Part shown: in pieces, positions 1 to 8,215 of the stretch
How the letters are laid out: every line of letters starts with the position of its first letter
Position numbering within the stretch: position 1 is the stretch's first letter
From: Bacteroidota bacterium
GTDB lineage: Bacteria; Bacteroidota; Bacteroidia; Bacteroidales; JAAAOM01
Length of the DNA: 64,000 bases
Reading direction: 5' to 3'
NCBI GenBank assembly: GCA_009908855.1
Contig: JAAAOM010000048.1
Span: 64,867 to 128,866 of the forward strand
Notes under the pieces: generated by a model
The model's database searches: none
Told to the model about the DNA's origin: nothing
What the model saw: the letters and a program-made list of their open reading frames with translations, nothing else
Translations under genes and position numbers: made by a program

Positions 1-1029
1 ATCGATGCCCATTTTTTCGGCCAATGATATATAATCGATATTTTCAACTTCTGCAATGGTCTTTTTAACGCCCAGATTTTTGGCTAATACACAGGACAGG
101 ATATTGGTTTCCGAATCGCCGGTTACCGCTACAAACACATCCATTTTATTCAATCCTTCCTCAATCAGTAAATCCATATTACGTCCATCACCGTTAATAA
201 CCAGGGCATTGTTGAGGATGTTAGAAAGCCGGTAACTTTTTTCTCTATTCGCTTCAATGAGTTTTACACTGTGTTGATTGCCCAGTGCCTTCGCTGCCCT
301 AAGCCCGATCCGACTTCCGCCCAATATCATAATATTTCGAACTTCAAACCCTTTTTTCCCGGTAAACTGGGCTAAATGCTCAGTATTGGATTTGTTAGTA
401 ATCACATAAATAAGGTCATGGGCTGCAAAAGTGTCATCACCACGCGGAATAATGGTTTTACCATCCCGGGTAATTGCTACGGCCCGGTATTCGTTTTCGT
501 CTATATCTTCAACAGTATCCGATAGCGGCTTGTTTATCACAGGCGAATCCTCATCCAACTTCAGGGTTAGTAAAACAAGTTTGCCGTCAGAAAAATCGAT
601 CATATTGCTGCTGCTGGTTTGTTGCAGAAGACCGGTAACTTCCTTGGCAGCAATCATTTCCGGATAAATCATATAGTCGATGCCCAAATCCACAAAATGT
701 ACCCGGTGGTCTTCCTGGAGATATTCGGGATTGTCAATGCGGGCGATGGTTTTTTGAGCACCCAAACGCTTGGCTAATACGGCCGATAATATGTTTATCG
801 ACTCGGAGTAAGTAACAGCAATAAACAAATCTGTTTTTTTTATCCCGGCATCCATTAATTTTTCAACCGATCCGGCCGAGCCCGATAATGTACCAACATC
901 AACCGATGATCCCACTTCGCGCAAACGGTCTTCATTCGGATCAATAACAATTATATCATGATTCTCCTGGCTAAGCATTTTAGCCAAATGCATCCCCACA
1001 GCTCCTGCACCTGCAATAATAATTCTCAT
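1..1029 (-). CDS. trkA: Trk potassium uptake NAD-binding subunit TrkA; C-terminal part is cut off by the window edge. It is absent from the supplied ORF track because it runs off the window.
   Basis: Manual reverse translation from the ATG at 1029-1027 gives MRIIIAGAGAVGMHLAKMLSQENHDIIVIDPNEDRL..., a GxGxxG Rossmann N-terminus. A second NAD-binding repeat follows (...IMILGGSRIGLRAAKALGNQH...). The frame stays open for 343 codons to position 1. Confidence 0.85.
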   Translation of the reverse strand, partial: MRIIIAGAGAVGMHLAKMLSQENHDIIVIDPNEDRLREVGSSVDVGTLSGSAGSVEKLMDAGIKKTDLFIAVTYSESINILSAVLAKRLGAQKTIARIDNPEYLQEDHRVHFVDLGIDYMIYPEMIAAKEVTGLLQQTSSSNMIDFSDGKLVLLTLKLDEDSPVINKPLSDTVEDIDENEYRAVAITRDGKTIIPRGDDTFAAHDLIYVITNKSNTEHLAQFTGKKGFEVRNIMILGGSRIGLRAAKALGNQHSVKLIEANREKSYRLSNILNNALVINGDGRNMDLLIEEGLNKMDVFVAVTGDSETNILSCVLAKNLGVKKTIAEVENIDYISLAEKMGID

Positions 1030-1128
1030 ATACCGGATTCCTGAAATACGGAACAAAGTAATATATATTCTTACATTTATCTATATTATAAAGTTATTTT
1101 TTGACGATTTTGATATGATCAACGATGT

Positions 1129-3234
1129 TCAGAGATGAAATTCATAAGCACCTGATTTCTGAACATGATGATAGGGCTGATTATTTTCATCACATTCATA
1201 CTTCCACCGATCGACATGATAATAGGCGGATGTATTGTCAAAAACAATAATGCCCGCCTGAATATTTGTAAGAAACGATTGAATCGAATTTTGTTTAAAA
1301 TTCCTGATGATAAGTACATCTACATGATATTTATCGCTTAGCAGAACCGGTGAATCCAATACCAGTACTGTTAGGTCTTCAAAGCGAATCCAGTAATTGT
1401 TTTGCAGTGCATTTATAGCAAGATTCGGGGATTGATAATGACCGGATGCATTGATATTTAAAGGATATATATTTTTTCGTGTCCCGGTTGCCATATACTG
1501 ACCAGCCAAATAATATTCCTCCTTATCCGGATGTTTGAATATGGCAGTATCGGTAAGTAAAACATTTTTTTGATCGCTCACAAATGATATGGTTGTGCTT
1601 CCGGGTATGTTAAATACCGTTACACTTTTATGCCTTTTTTGTTGATAACGCTTATTCAGGTTGCATATTGTAAATGCCAGGGCCATCGATAAGACTAGAA
1701 ATATATTTCTTGCATGAAAAAAATAAATAAGTAATACCACTGAAAAGGTCAGGAGTAACAGTATGATAAATTCATATTGCGTTATATAAATATTATCGGC
1801 AAAAAACCAGGTGACATTTTCCAGGGCATCGAGAGCGAGGAGAAAAAGGGTGAAAACAAATTTCACCAAATAGGCAATAATGCTTTGTAAAATTGGGATA
1901 AAGGTAAAAACATTAAGTAGCACCCCTCCATATAAAAGCAAAGCAGCAACGGGCGTGGCCATAATATTGGAAATAACAAAGGCGAAGGAGAATTGATGAA
2001 AATGATACAGTAATAAAGGGAAAATGAATAACTGTGCCGATAAGCTAATAGATATCAATTCCCAAATTTTACGTCCTGCAAAATGACGAAAATATACAGC
2101 ACGGTTTATTTTATTGTACAACAATAAGATTCCCAAAACGGCCAAAAAAGATAATTGAAAACCAATTTGAAACAATTGTTTAGGGTTGATAATCAGAATG
2201 ATAAATGCAGCCAGCGCCAGATTATTCACGGAATAATGCTTTTTATCAGACAATCGTCCCAAAGCAATTACTGAAAACATTATGGACGCCCGAATAGCTG
2301 ATTCAGGCAGTCCGGTAATAAATGTAAATAACCAGATACCGATAACAGGTATCAAAACTGACAGGATTTTTGTTGCCCGAGAATATTTGGCAACACGACC
2401 AAAGATTCCCTGAAAAAGCAAAAACACAAAACCCACATGCAAACCCGAAACCGCAAATAAATGGGCAATACCCATGCGCTGAAACAGCATCATCGTACGT
2501 TCGGTCATATACGATTTATCACCCAAACACATTGCTGTCAGGATGGCTTTTTCCCGATCACTGAAAATAGTGAAATCGATGTTTGCCTGGAAGTAGTCCC
2601 TGCATTTCTCCGCAAATCGCCGAACGGGCAATTTATTGCCGGGAAGTAAAACCCATTGTTGTTGTATAATACGACCCGAATAATATATGTTATTGAGATA
2701 CTGAAAGTGTTTATAATCAAACTCGTGAGGATTGCCCCGGTTACGTATCTCACTGAAACGCATAACTGCGAGAATACTACTGCCTGTTTTTAAGAAATCA
2801 ATATTGTCTTCCTGTTGCAGATATACAATTACGCTGAATGGCTTTATTTTCACCGGTCTTTTCTCTCCTTTATGTGTAACAAGCATTTCACATTTATGGC
2901 CATAGCTGGTTTGTTCGGGTGTGGTCATACATACCGCTTTTACCTTGTAAGGTGAGGCAGTCTTTACCTGTGCATTATGATAATCATGATATAAACCATA
3001 ATGAAGATATCCAACGGTTATTAAAACCATAGCAAGTAAAATGCCCCATAAATAATTGACTGAAAAGTTTAATTTTCGGCACGTTATTAACACAATAACA
3101 CCAGTAACTACCCCTAAGAAAAACCAGGTAAAACTGCTAACAAGATTGGCACTGGCAAATGAAATCCCTATCATAAAGGGAATCAAAGCAATAAGTAGTG
3201 GTGATCTTTTTAAAGAAATTACAAGGTCATTCAT
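1129..3234 (-). CDS. comEC: ComEC/Rec2 family competence (DNA internalisation) membrane protein
   Basis: 701-aa ORF. N-terminal TM plus OB-like region, then a central polytopic competence domain (GIAHLFAVSGLHVGFVF, many TM helices). The C-terminal ~170 aa has no HxHxDH metallo-beta-lactamase motif. Confidence 0.85.
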   Translation of the reverse strand: MNDLVISLKRSPLLIALIPFMIGISFASANLVSSFTWFFLGVVTGVIVLITCRKLNFSVNYLWGILLAMVLITVGYLHYGLYHDYHNAQVKTASPYKVKAVCMTTPEQTSYGHKCEMLVTHKGEKRPVKIKPFSVIVYLQQEDNIDFLKTGSSILAVMRFSEIRNRGNPHEFDYKHFQYLNNIYYSGRIIQQQWVLLPGNKLPVRRFAEKCRDYFQANIDFTIFSDREKAILTAMCLGDKSYMTERTMMLFQRMGIAHLFAVSGLHVGFVFLLFQGIFGRVAKYSRATKILSVLIPVIGIWLFTFITGLPESAIRASIMFSVIALGRLSDKKHYSVNNLALAAFIILIINPKQLFQIGFQLSFLAVLGILLLYNKINRAVYFRHFAGRKIWELISISLSAQLFIFPLLLYHFHQFSFAFVISNIMATPVAALLLYGGVLLNVFTFIPILQSIIAYLVKFVFTLFLLALDALENVTWFFADNIYITQYEFIILLLLTFSVVLLIYFFHARNIFLVLSMALAFTICNLNKRYQQKRHKSVTVFNIPGSTTISFVSDQKNVLLTDTAIFKHPDKEEYYLAGQYMATGTRKNIYPLNINASGHYQSPNLAINALQNNYWIRFEDLTVLVLDSPVLLSDKYHVDVLIIRNFKQNSIQSFLTNIQAGIIVFDNTSAYYHVDRWKYECDENNQPYHHVQKSGAYEFHL

Positions 3235-3357
3235 GATTACCGGTTACGCTAAGTGGTAAGATATAAAATAAGACAATAAAAGTAAATATGCCATTTATAA
3301 TTATGTAGAATTATTATATATAGCGGGCTTCCTATCAGTTGTTTGATGATAAATTGG

Positions 3358-3365
3358 TATTTTTG
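3358..3365 (+). promoter_or_regulatory. Candidate Bacteroidota -7 promoter box (TATTTTTG)
   Basis: Perfect match to TAnnTTTG, 49 nt upstream of the ATG at 3414, in the divergent comEC/DHOD-like spacer. Confidence 0.35.
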
Positions 3366-3413
3366 GTTAAAATAAAACGGAAATATTAAAACAACTTAAA
3401 AATACTCAATATA

Positions 3414-4427
3414 ATGGCAGATTTAACGGTTAAATACCTCGGATTACAATTAAAAAATCCATTGGTTCTGGGAGCCAGTAACTTGGTAAACGATCTGGAT
3501 AATTTAAAACAGGCAGAAGATGCCGGCATCGCTGCAATTGTTTTTAAGAGTTTATTTGAAGAGCAAATACAACTTGAAAGCGCTCAGCTTGATGACCAAC
3601 TGGAAGAATATAACGAGCGACATGCCGAGATGGTTTCGCTTTTTCCATCTATACAGCACGCAGGGCCGGCTGAACATTTGGAGAAATTAAGATTGGCCAA
3701 AGAAAATTTGAATATACCACTAATTGCAAGCCTTAATTGCATGTATGATGTAAGCTGGGTTGAGTATGCGCAGCAACTGGAGGAAACAGGCGTAGATGCC
3801 CTGGAATTGAATTTTTATGCGGTACCACGAAAAATGGATCAAACCGGTAGTAAAATTGAGGATGCACAACTGGAAGCCTTTAAATCAGTAAAAGCCAAAG
3901 TAAAAATTCCGGTAAGCGTAAAATTAAGTCCTTTCTATGCCAATCCGCTTAACCTGGTAAAAAAATTGGATGAAGCAGGAGCCGACGGGGTGATATTGTT
4001 CAACCGTCTATTTCAACCGGAAATTGATATTGATAGCGAATCACATTATTCACCATTCCATTTAAGCACAAAAGAGGATAATAAGCTGCCATTACGTTTT
4101 GCCGGCCTTCTTTATGGAAATGTTAACACCAGCATCATTAGCAATACCGGCATAATGGACAGTGATGATGCAATAAAAATGCTTTTGGCCGGGGCTGACA
4201 GCGTACAAATTGTGAGCACTGTATACAAAAATAAATTTGCCCATATTACCAAAATGGTTTCTGAAATTGACCAGTGGATGGATACCAAGGGTTATAAATC
4301 CATTAAAGATTTTAAAGGAAAACTATCCAACCAATCTATCAATGACCCATTTGTGTACAAGCGGGCTCAATACATCGATTTATTGTTAAAATCAGAAAAT
4401 GTGTTAAAAAAATATTCCATGCGGTAA
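3414..4427 (+). CDS. Dihydroorotate dehydrogenase-like protein (class-1 DHOD/DPD TIM-barrel fold, non-canonical active site)
   Basis: 337 aa. LKNPLVLGAS N-terminus, SVKLSPF and IISNTGI blocks align with class-1 DHOD. The NLSCPN catalytic-loop position reads ELNFYAVP. Confidence 0.8.
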   Translation: MADLTVKYLGLQLKNPLVLGASNLVNDLDNLKQAEDAGIAAIVFKSLFEEQIQLESAQLDDQLEEYNERHAEMVSLFPSIQHAGPAEHLEKLRLAKENLNIPLIASLNCMYDVSWVEYAQQLEETGVDALELNFYAVPRKMDQTGSKIEDAQLEAFKSVKAKVKIPVSVKLSPFYANPLNLVKKLDEAGADGVILFNRLFQPEIDIDSESHYSPFHLSTKEDNKLPLRFAGLLYGNVNTSIISNTGIMDSDDAIKMLLAGADSVQIVSTVYKNKFAHITKMVSEIDQWMDTKGYKSIKDFKGKLSNQSINDPFVYKRAQYIDLLLKSENVLKKYSMR

Positions 4428-4458
4428 ATGACGCTTAGTTAGTATAACTATAAATAGA

Positions 4459-4492
4459 AAAGCATCTATGTATGAACATAGATGCTTTTTTT
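4459..4492. terminator. Bidirectional rho-independent terminator between convergent genes
   Basis: AGCATCTATG (4461-4470) pairs with CATAGATGCT (4477-4486). An A-tract lies on the left and TTTTTTT on the right. Confidence 0.6.
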
Positions 4493-4559
4493 ATAATTTT
4501 TATCACCTTAATTCGAAAATATTTTCCCTTTATTTTCACTTTTAATAAAGTAACCCACT

Positions 4560-5783
4560 TTAAAAGGAATAAGTTGTTGTAAAAACAATCCGGTTATTCA
4601 TTGTTTCGTTTGTTTTAGTGGCTCGATGATTTTCATCAAAATTTGTTCCCCAGGCCGCTGCTGTTAATTTATATTCCAACCCTGCAGAAAAGTTGTTTTT
4701 ATGATATGAAATTCTGGGAGAAACAGAATAAACGCTTTTTAAATCTTCCCCGCGTTCATAATCATTCCCGAGTGAAAAATAGGTTTCAGCGCTACCCAGG
4801 TTTTCGGTATAACCCGCCATTAAACCAAGGCGAAAAGTACCGTTGGTATGCATATCTGCCCATATTGAATAGGTTTGCATGTTAGCATAATCGTAATCAT
4901 CAGTTGATTCCGGATCTTGTTTGGCTCCAAAACCTCCAATTTGTCTGAAATGCGTTAAATTTTCCCCGAAAACACTACCTAATTTAATAGTTAGCGGGTT
5001 ATATACCGCTTTAAAAGAAGCTCCAACATTAAAGCTGTTAGCCATTTTATTAGTTTTCAATTCATTCTCAGTCATTAATCGTGGTTGAAGAAATTTATAC
5101 CCACCGGTAACTGCCAAAAAATAACTTCCCTGTTTAAATTTCATCTGTAATTGCGAATCAGGAAGTCCTGAATTTCTTTGTGCCTCCGATGGACCTTTGC
5201 TTTTGTGGGCGCCATGCATTAAAAATGCAGAAACTACTGTAACGGAGGGAGTAATGGGATAGGTAAACCGTACTTGTGAAGAACGATTTAAACCATGAAA
5301 TGGCAATGCCACAGCGAAAGTTAATGGATTGGCAAAACATTCGGTTACAAACATTGGATGCCAGTAATGCCCCATCAATACTTCCAGTTCACTAGGCCAC
5401 ACAAATTTTATATAAGCATGACGAAGTCTAAACAATCGTGCGTGGACAGCGGTTGTTCCAAAAAAATCTCCTTCAATAAAGCTACTTGTTTGCGCACCTA
5501 ATATTTCCGGGCCAGTAATTTCCAAATTTACCCGCGAGGTTAAAGATAACATTTCAAACTGCAGATTTTCATTGATGTCATTTCCTTCTTCATCAATCAC
5601 TTCAGGTAAAGGATAAAAATATAACATGCCATCCCTGGAATCAACAGATTCATAAGTGTCCATTATCATATCATATCTGACAAACCCACCTGCTTTTACG
5701 GTAGGTTCTTCACTCTTTTCCTGACCATGAACACCTAAGCTAATTAGTAATAATGTAATTATGCAACGGATTTTAAAATTCAT
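4560..5783 (-). CDS. Outer-membrane beta-barrel porin-like protein (DcaP/porin-like)
   Basis: 407 aa. Signal peptide MNFKIRCIITLLLISLGVHG, alternating amphipathic strands, and the C-terminal TTTYSF aromatic terminus typical of OM barrels. Confidence 0.6.
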   Translation of the reverse strand: MNFKIRCIITLLLISLGVHGQEKSEEPTVKAGGFVRYDMIMDTYESVDSRDGMLYFYPLPEVIDEEGNDINENLQFEMLSLTSRVNLEITGPEILGAQTSSFIEGDFFGTTAVHARLFRLRHAYIKFVWPSELEVLMGHYWHPMFVTECFANPLTFAVALPFHGLNRSSQVRFTYPITPSVTVVSAFLMHGAHKSKGPSEAQRNSGLPDSQLQMKFKQGSYFLAVTGGYKFLQPRLMTENELKTNKMANSFNVGASFKAVYNPLTIKLGSVFGENLTHFRQIGGFGAKQDPESTDDYDYANMQTYSIWADMHTNGTFRLGLMAGYTENLGSAETYFSLGNDYERGEDLKSVYSVSPRISYHKNNFSAGLEYKLTAAAWGTNFDENHRATKTNETMNNRIVFTTTYSF

Positions 5784-5919
5784 AGAATTATCATTTAACG
5801 ATTAAACACTACATTTTTTTATGATAGGCAATATTGTACAATGTCGTAAATAAAAAAAGTAAATTGGCCCTTTTGAGTAGAATATCATACATCCATCCGT
5901 TTGTTAACATTTAATGAAT

Positions 5920-7284
5920 CTACCGATACCATTGTTGATTTGCAATCATCAATGCTTCTTGTACGGTTATTCGGGCTCCATTGTTATAAGCAGAAACAAA
6001 TGCATCATCAATTTCCGTGGTGTTCCAGATGTGTACGCGGTAATCGCGTGCTTCTTTATAAATACCAAACGAGCCAACCGAATATTTTATCCAGCCTTCG
6101 TGGCGTTCTTTTTTTACGCGGGTAGGGTCTAAATTAAATTGTCTGAAATACTGTGGGATATTAACCGGTTTATGCCCGGCTGCTAATTGCACCCTGTAAT
6201 AAACACCTGATTCAGGTTCCAGCATATATTTCTTTTCTGTTTCATTCAGGTTGCGGTATATGTCTGTTTGATCGGTTTGGGCAATGGGTTCAATTATTTC
6301 CTGTTCTTGACCGTCAGGTTGTTTTTCCTCTATAGGTTGATCTTTAATTGGTTCTTGCGGAGACGTACCCTGTTTTTTGCCCTGTATTAGTTCCCGGATT
6401 TCGGCTGATGAAATTTCGTTAAGATCAATATCCTTTTGAATAATATCAATCACAATGGTTTCATCTTCACGAATGTAAGAGAATTGGCCATGAATAGATA
6501 AATCGGCCAGCGTTTTATCTGTATCTGGCACTAAATTATAGGTGATGATAAAATATGGATCAGCCGGAAGGTTCATCCATAAATATTTGGCTATGTTGTC
6601 GTTAAAAGTAAATATAGCGTCTTTAGAGGTAATGGAAACGGCTGAAAATCCATCGGATATTTCCTCTTCAACTTTGGCGAATTTTTCAAGGTCTTTTTTA
6701 TGCACCAAAAGATTCACTACCACTTCTCCGGAGGCATTCAGGTATGGCGTTTGTCGAATACAGGTAATTTGTCCGCTTTCAGGCCCGGACAGATCGGGGA
6801 TAATCTTTTTTTCAAAGTCGTTAATATCAACGATAAGTGATGGATCAATATTGGGCGATGGAATAATAGTGATGGATTGAGGGGTTATTTGTGTAGATTT
6901 TCGTTCATTATTCGCCACATACGAAAATTTACCACCTATTGAAAAGGTTCCTTTAAGTCGCTCATCCACTTTAACCCTGTAAACAGCTGTAATTTGATCA
7001 GAAGACGGCATTCGAAGCCATATTAAACGAACCCTTTTATTGTCGAAGGTGAAATCGGCATTGGCAGGATTTTCGGAAGTAGCTGTTAATCCTGCAGGTA
7101 GTATTTGTTGAAAACGGCTGAAACTGGTGAGATCATCTTTGGAAATGGTTATTTTTATCCTGAATTCTTCACCGGCATCCACAATAACAGGGGCATCCAT
7201 GCTAACAGACACATCATCATTATTAAGCATTTCAATAAATAAAAAGCTTACCAGGTTTACAAGAATGATAAGTATTCGGATCAT
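5920..7284 (-). CDS. SPOR domain-containing protein with two tandem N-terminal Ig-like repeats
   Basis: 454 aa. N-terminal TM/signal, internal duplication of about 100 aa, a Pro/Gln/Glu-rich linker, and a C-terminal SPOR-like domain (YYRVQLAAGHKPV...GWIKYSVGSFGIYKEARDY). Confidence 0.75.
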   Translation of the reverse strand: MIRILIILVNLVSFLFIEMLNNDDVSVSMDAPVIVDAGEEFRIKITISKDDLTSFSRFQQILPAGLTATSENPANADFTFDNKRVRLIWLRMPSSDQITAVYRVKVDERLKGTFSIGGKFSYVANNERKSTQITPQSITIIPSPNIDPSLIVDINDFEKKIIPDLSGPESGQITCIRQTPYLNASGEVVVNLLVHKKDLEKFAKVEEEISDGFSAVSITSKDAIFTFNDNIAKYLWMNLPADPYFIITYNLVPDTDKTLADLSIHGQFSYIREDETIVIDIIQKDIDLNEISSAEIRELIQGKKQGTSPQEPIKDQPIEEKQPDGQEQEIIEPIAQTDQTDIYRNLNETEKKYMLEPESGVYYRVQLAAGHKPVNIPQYFRQFNLDPTRVKKERHEGWIKYSVGSFGIYKEARDYRVHIWNTTEIDDAFVSAYNNGARITVQEALMIANQQWYR

Positions 7285-7457
7285 TTCCCCATTCTCTTTG
7301 CTGACCTAAAATATAAGGTCTTAATAATTAGCAGATAACAAAATAAGTAAAAAGATTGATGATTTTTAGTTTTTTTATCAACAATTTCTTGCACTATGCT
7401 TTGCAGGCAAAGGTTTCACTTAAAATCAGAATGGCGTTTTTCAGCAATAATATTCAG

Positions 7458-8168
7458 TTAAAAGTTCGGACTTAACAAATACTTATTATAAAACTTGTTG
7501 ATATGCGTAACTGCTTCATCCGCTGTATCCACTACCCTGAAGAGCTTTAGGTCTTTTTCACTGATATTGCTTTCTACCTCAAGCATGTGATCGCGCACCC
7601 AACTAATCAGTCCGTCCCAATAGGTTTTTCCGACCAAAATAATAGGAAATTCTCCAATCTTTTCGGTTTGTATAAGCGTTAAGGCTTCAAATAATTCATC
7701 AAGCGTGCCGAAACCACCGGGCAATACAATAAAGCCCTGTGCATATTTCATGAACATTACTTTGCGCACAAAAAAGTGATCGAAATTGATGAGCTTATCA
7801 TTATCAATATAATCATTCGGTACCTGCTCAAAAGGCAGTACAATATTTAATCCCACCGATGCTCCACCACCTTCTTTAGCGCCCAGGTTACCTGCTTCCA
7901 TTACTCCGGGTCCGCCTCCGGTGATGATTCCATATCCGAGCTGGGTGAGTTTGAATGCAATATCACGGGCCAGTTCATAATATTTATTGCCTGGTTCAGT
8001 GCGTGCTGAACCGAAAATTGATACGCAAGGGCCAATTTTGGCCAACTTTTCATATCCTTCCACAAATTCGGCCATAATTTTAAAAACATTCCAGCTATCA
8101 TCTGTTTTTATTTCATTCCAGTCTTTTTGTTTAAAAGCCTTTTTTATTTTTTCTTCCGGAGTAGACAT
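7458..8168 (-). CDS. LOG family / TIGR00730 Rossmann-fold nucleotide-binding protein (cytokinin riboside 5'-monophosphate phosphoribohydrolase family)
   Basis: 236 aa with the GGGPGVMEA and PGGFGTLDELFE signature motifs. Confidence 0.85.
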   Translation of the reverse strand: MSTPEEKIKKAFKQKDWNEIKTDDSWNVFKIMAEFVEGYEKLAKIGPCVSIFGSARTEPGNKYYELARDIAFKLTQLGYGIITGGGPGVMEAGNLGAKEGGGASVGLNIVLPFEQVPNDYIDNDKLINFDHFFVRKVMFMKYAQGFIVLPGGFGTLDELFEALTLIQTEKIGEFPIILVGKTYWDGLISWVRDHMLEVESNISEKDLKLFRVVDTADEAVTHINKFYNKYLLSPNF

Positions 8169-8215
8169 ATCATATATTTTCGTTGAGGCTAAAAATAAGT
8201 TATTTAATGCTTAAT

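Noticed and set aside
431-667. A 78-aa plus-strand ORF listed in the track at the left edge.
   Set aside because: It lies antisense within the trkA coding region, which reads cleanly for 343 codons on the minus strand.
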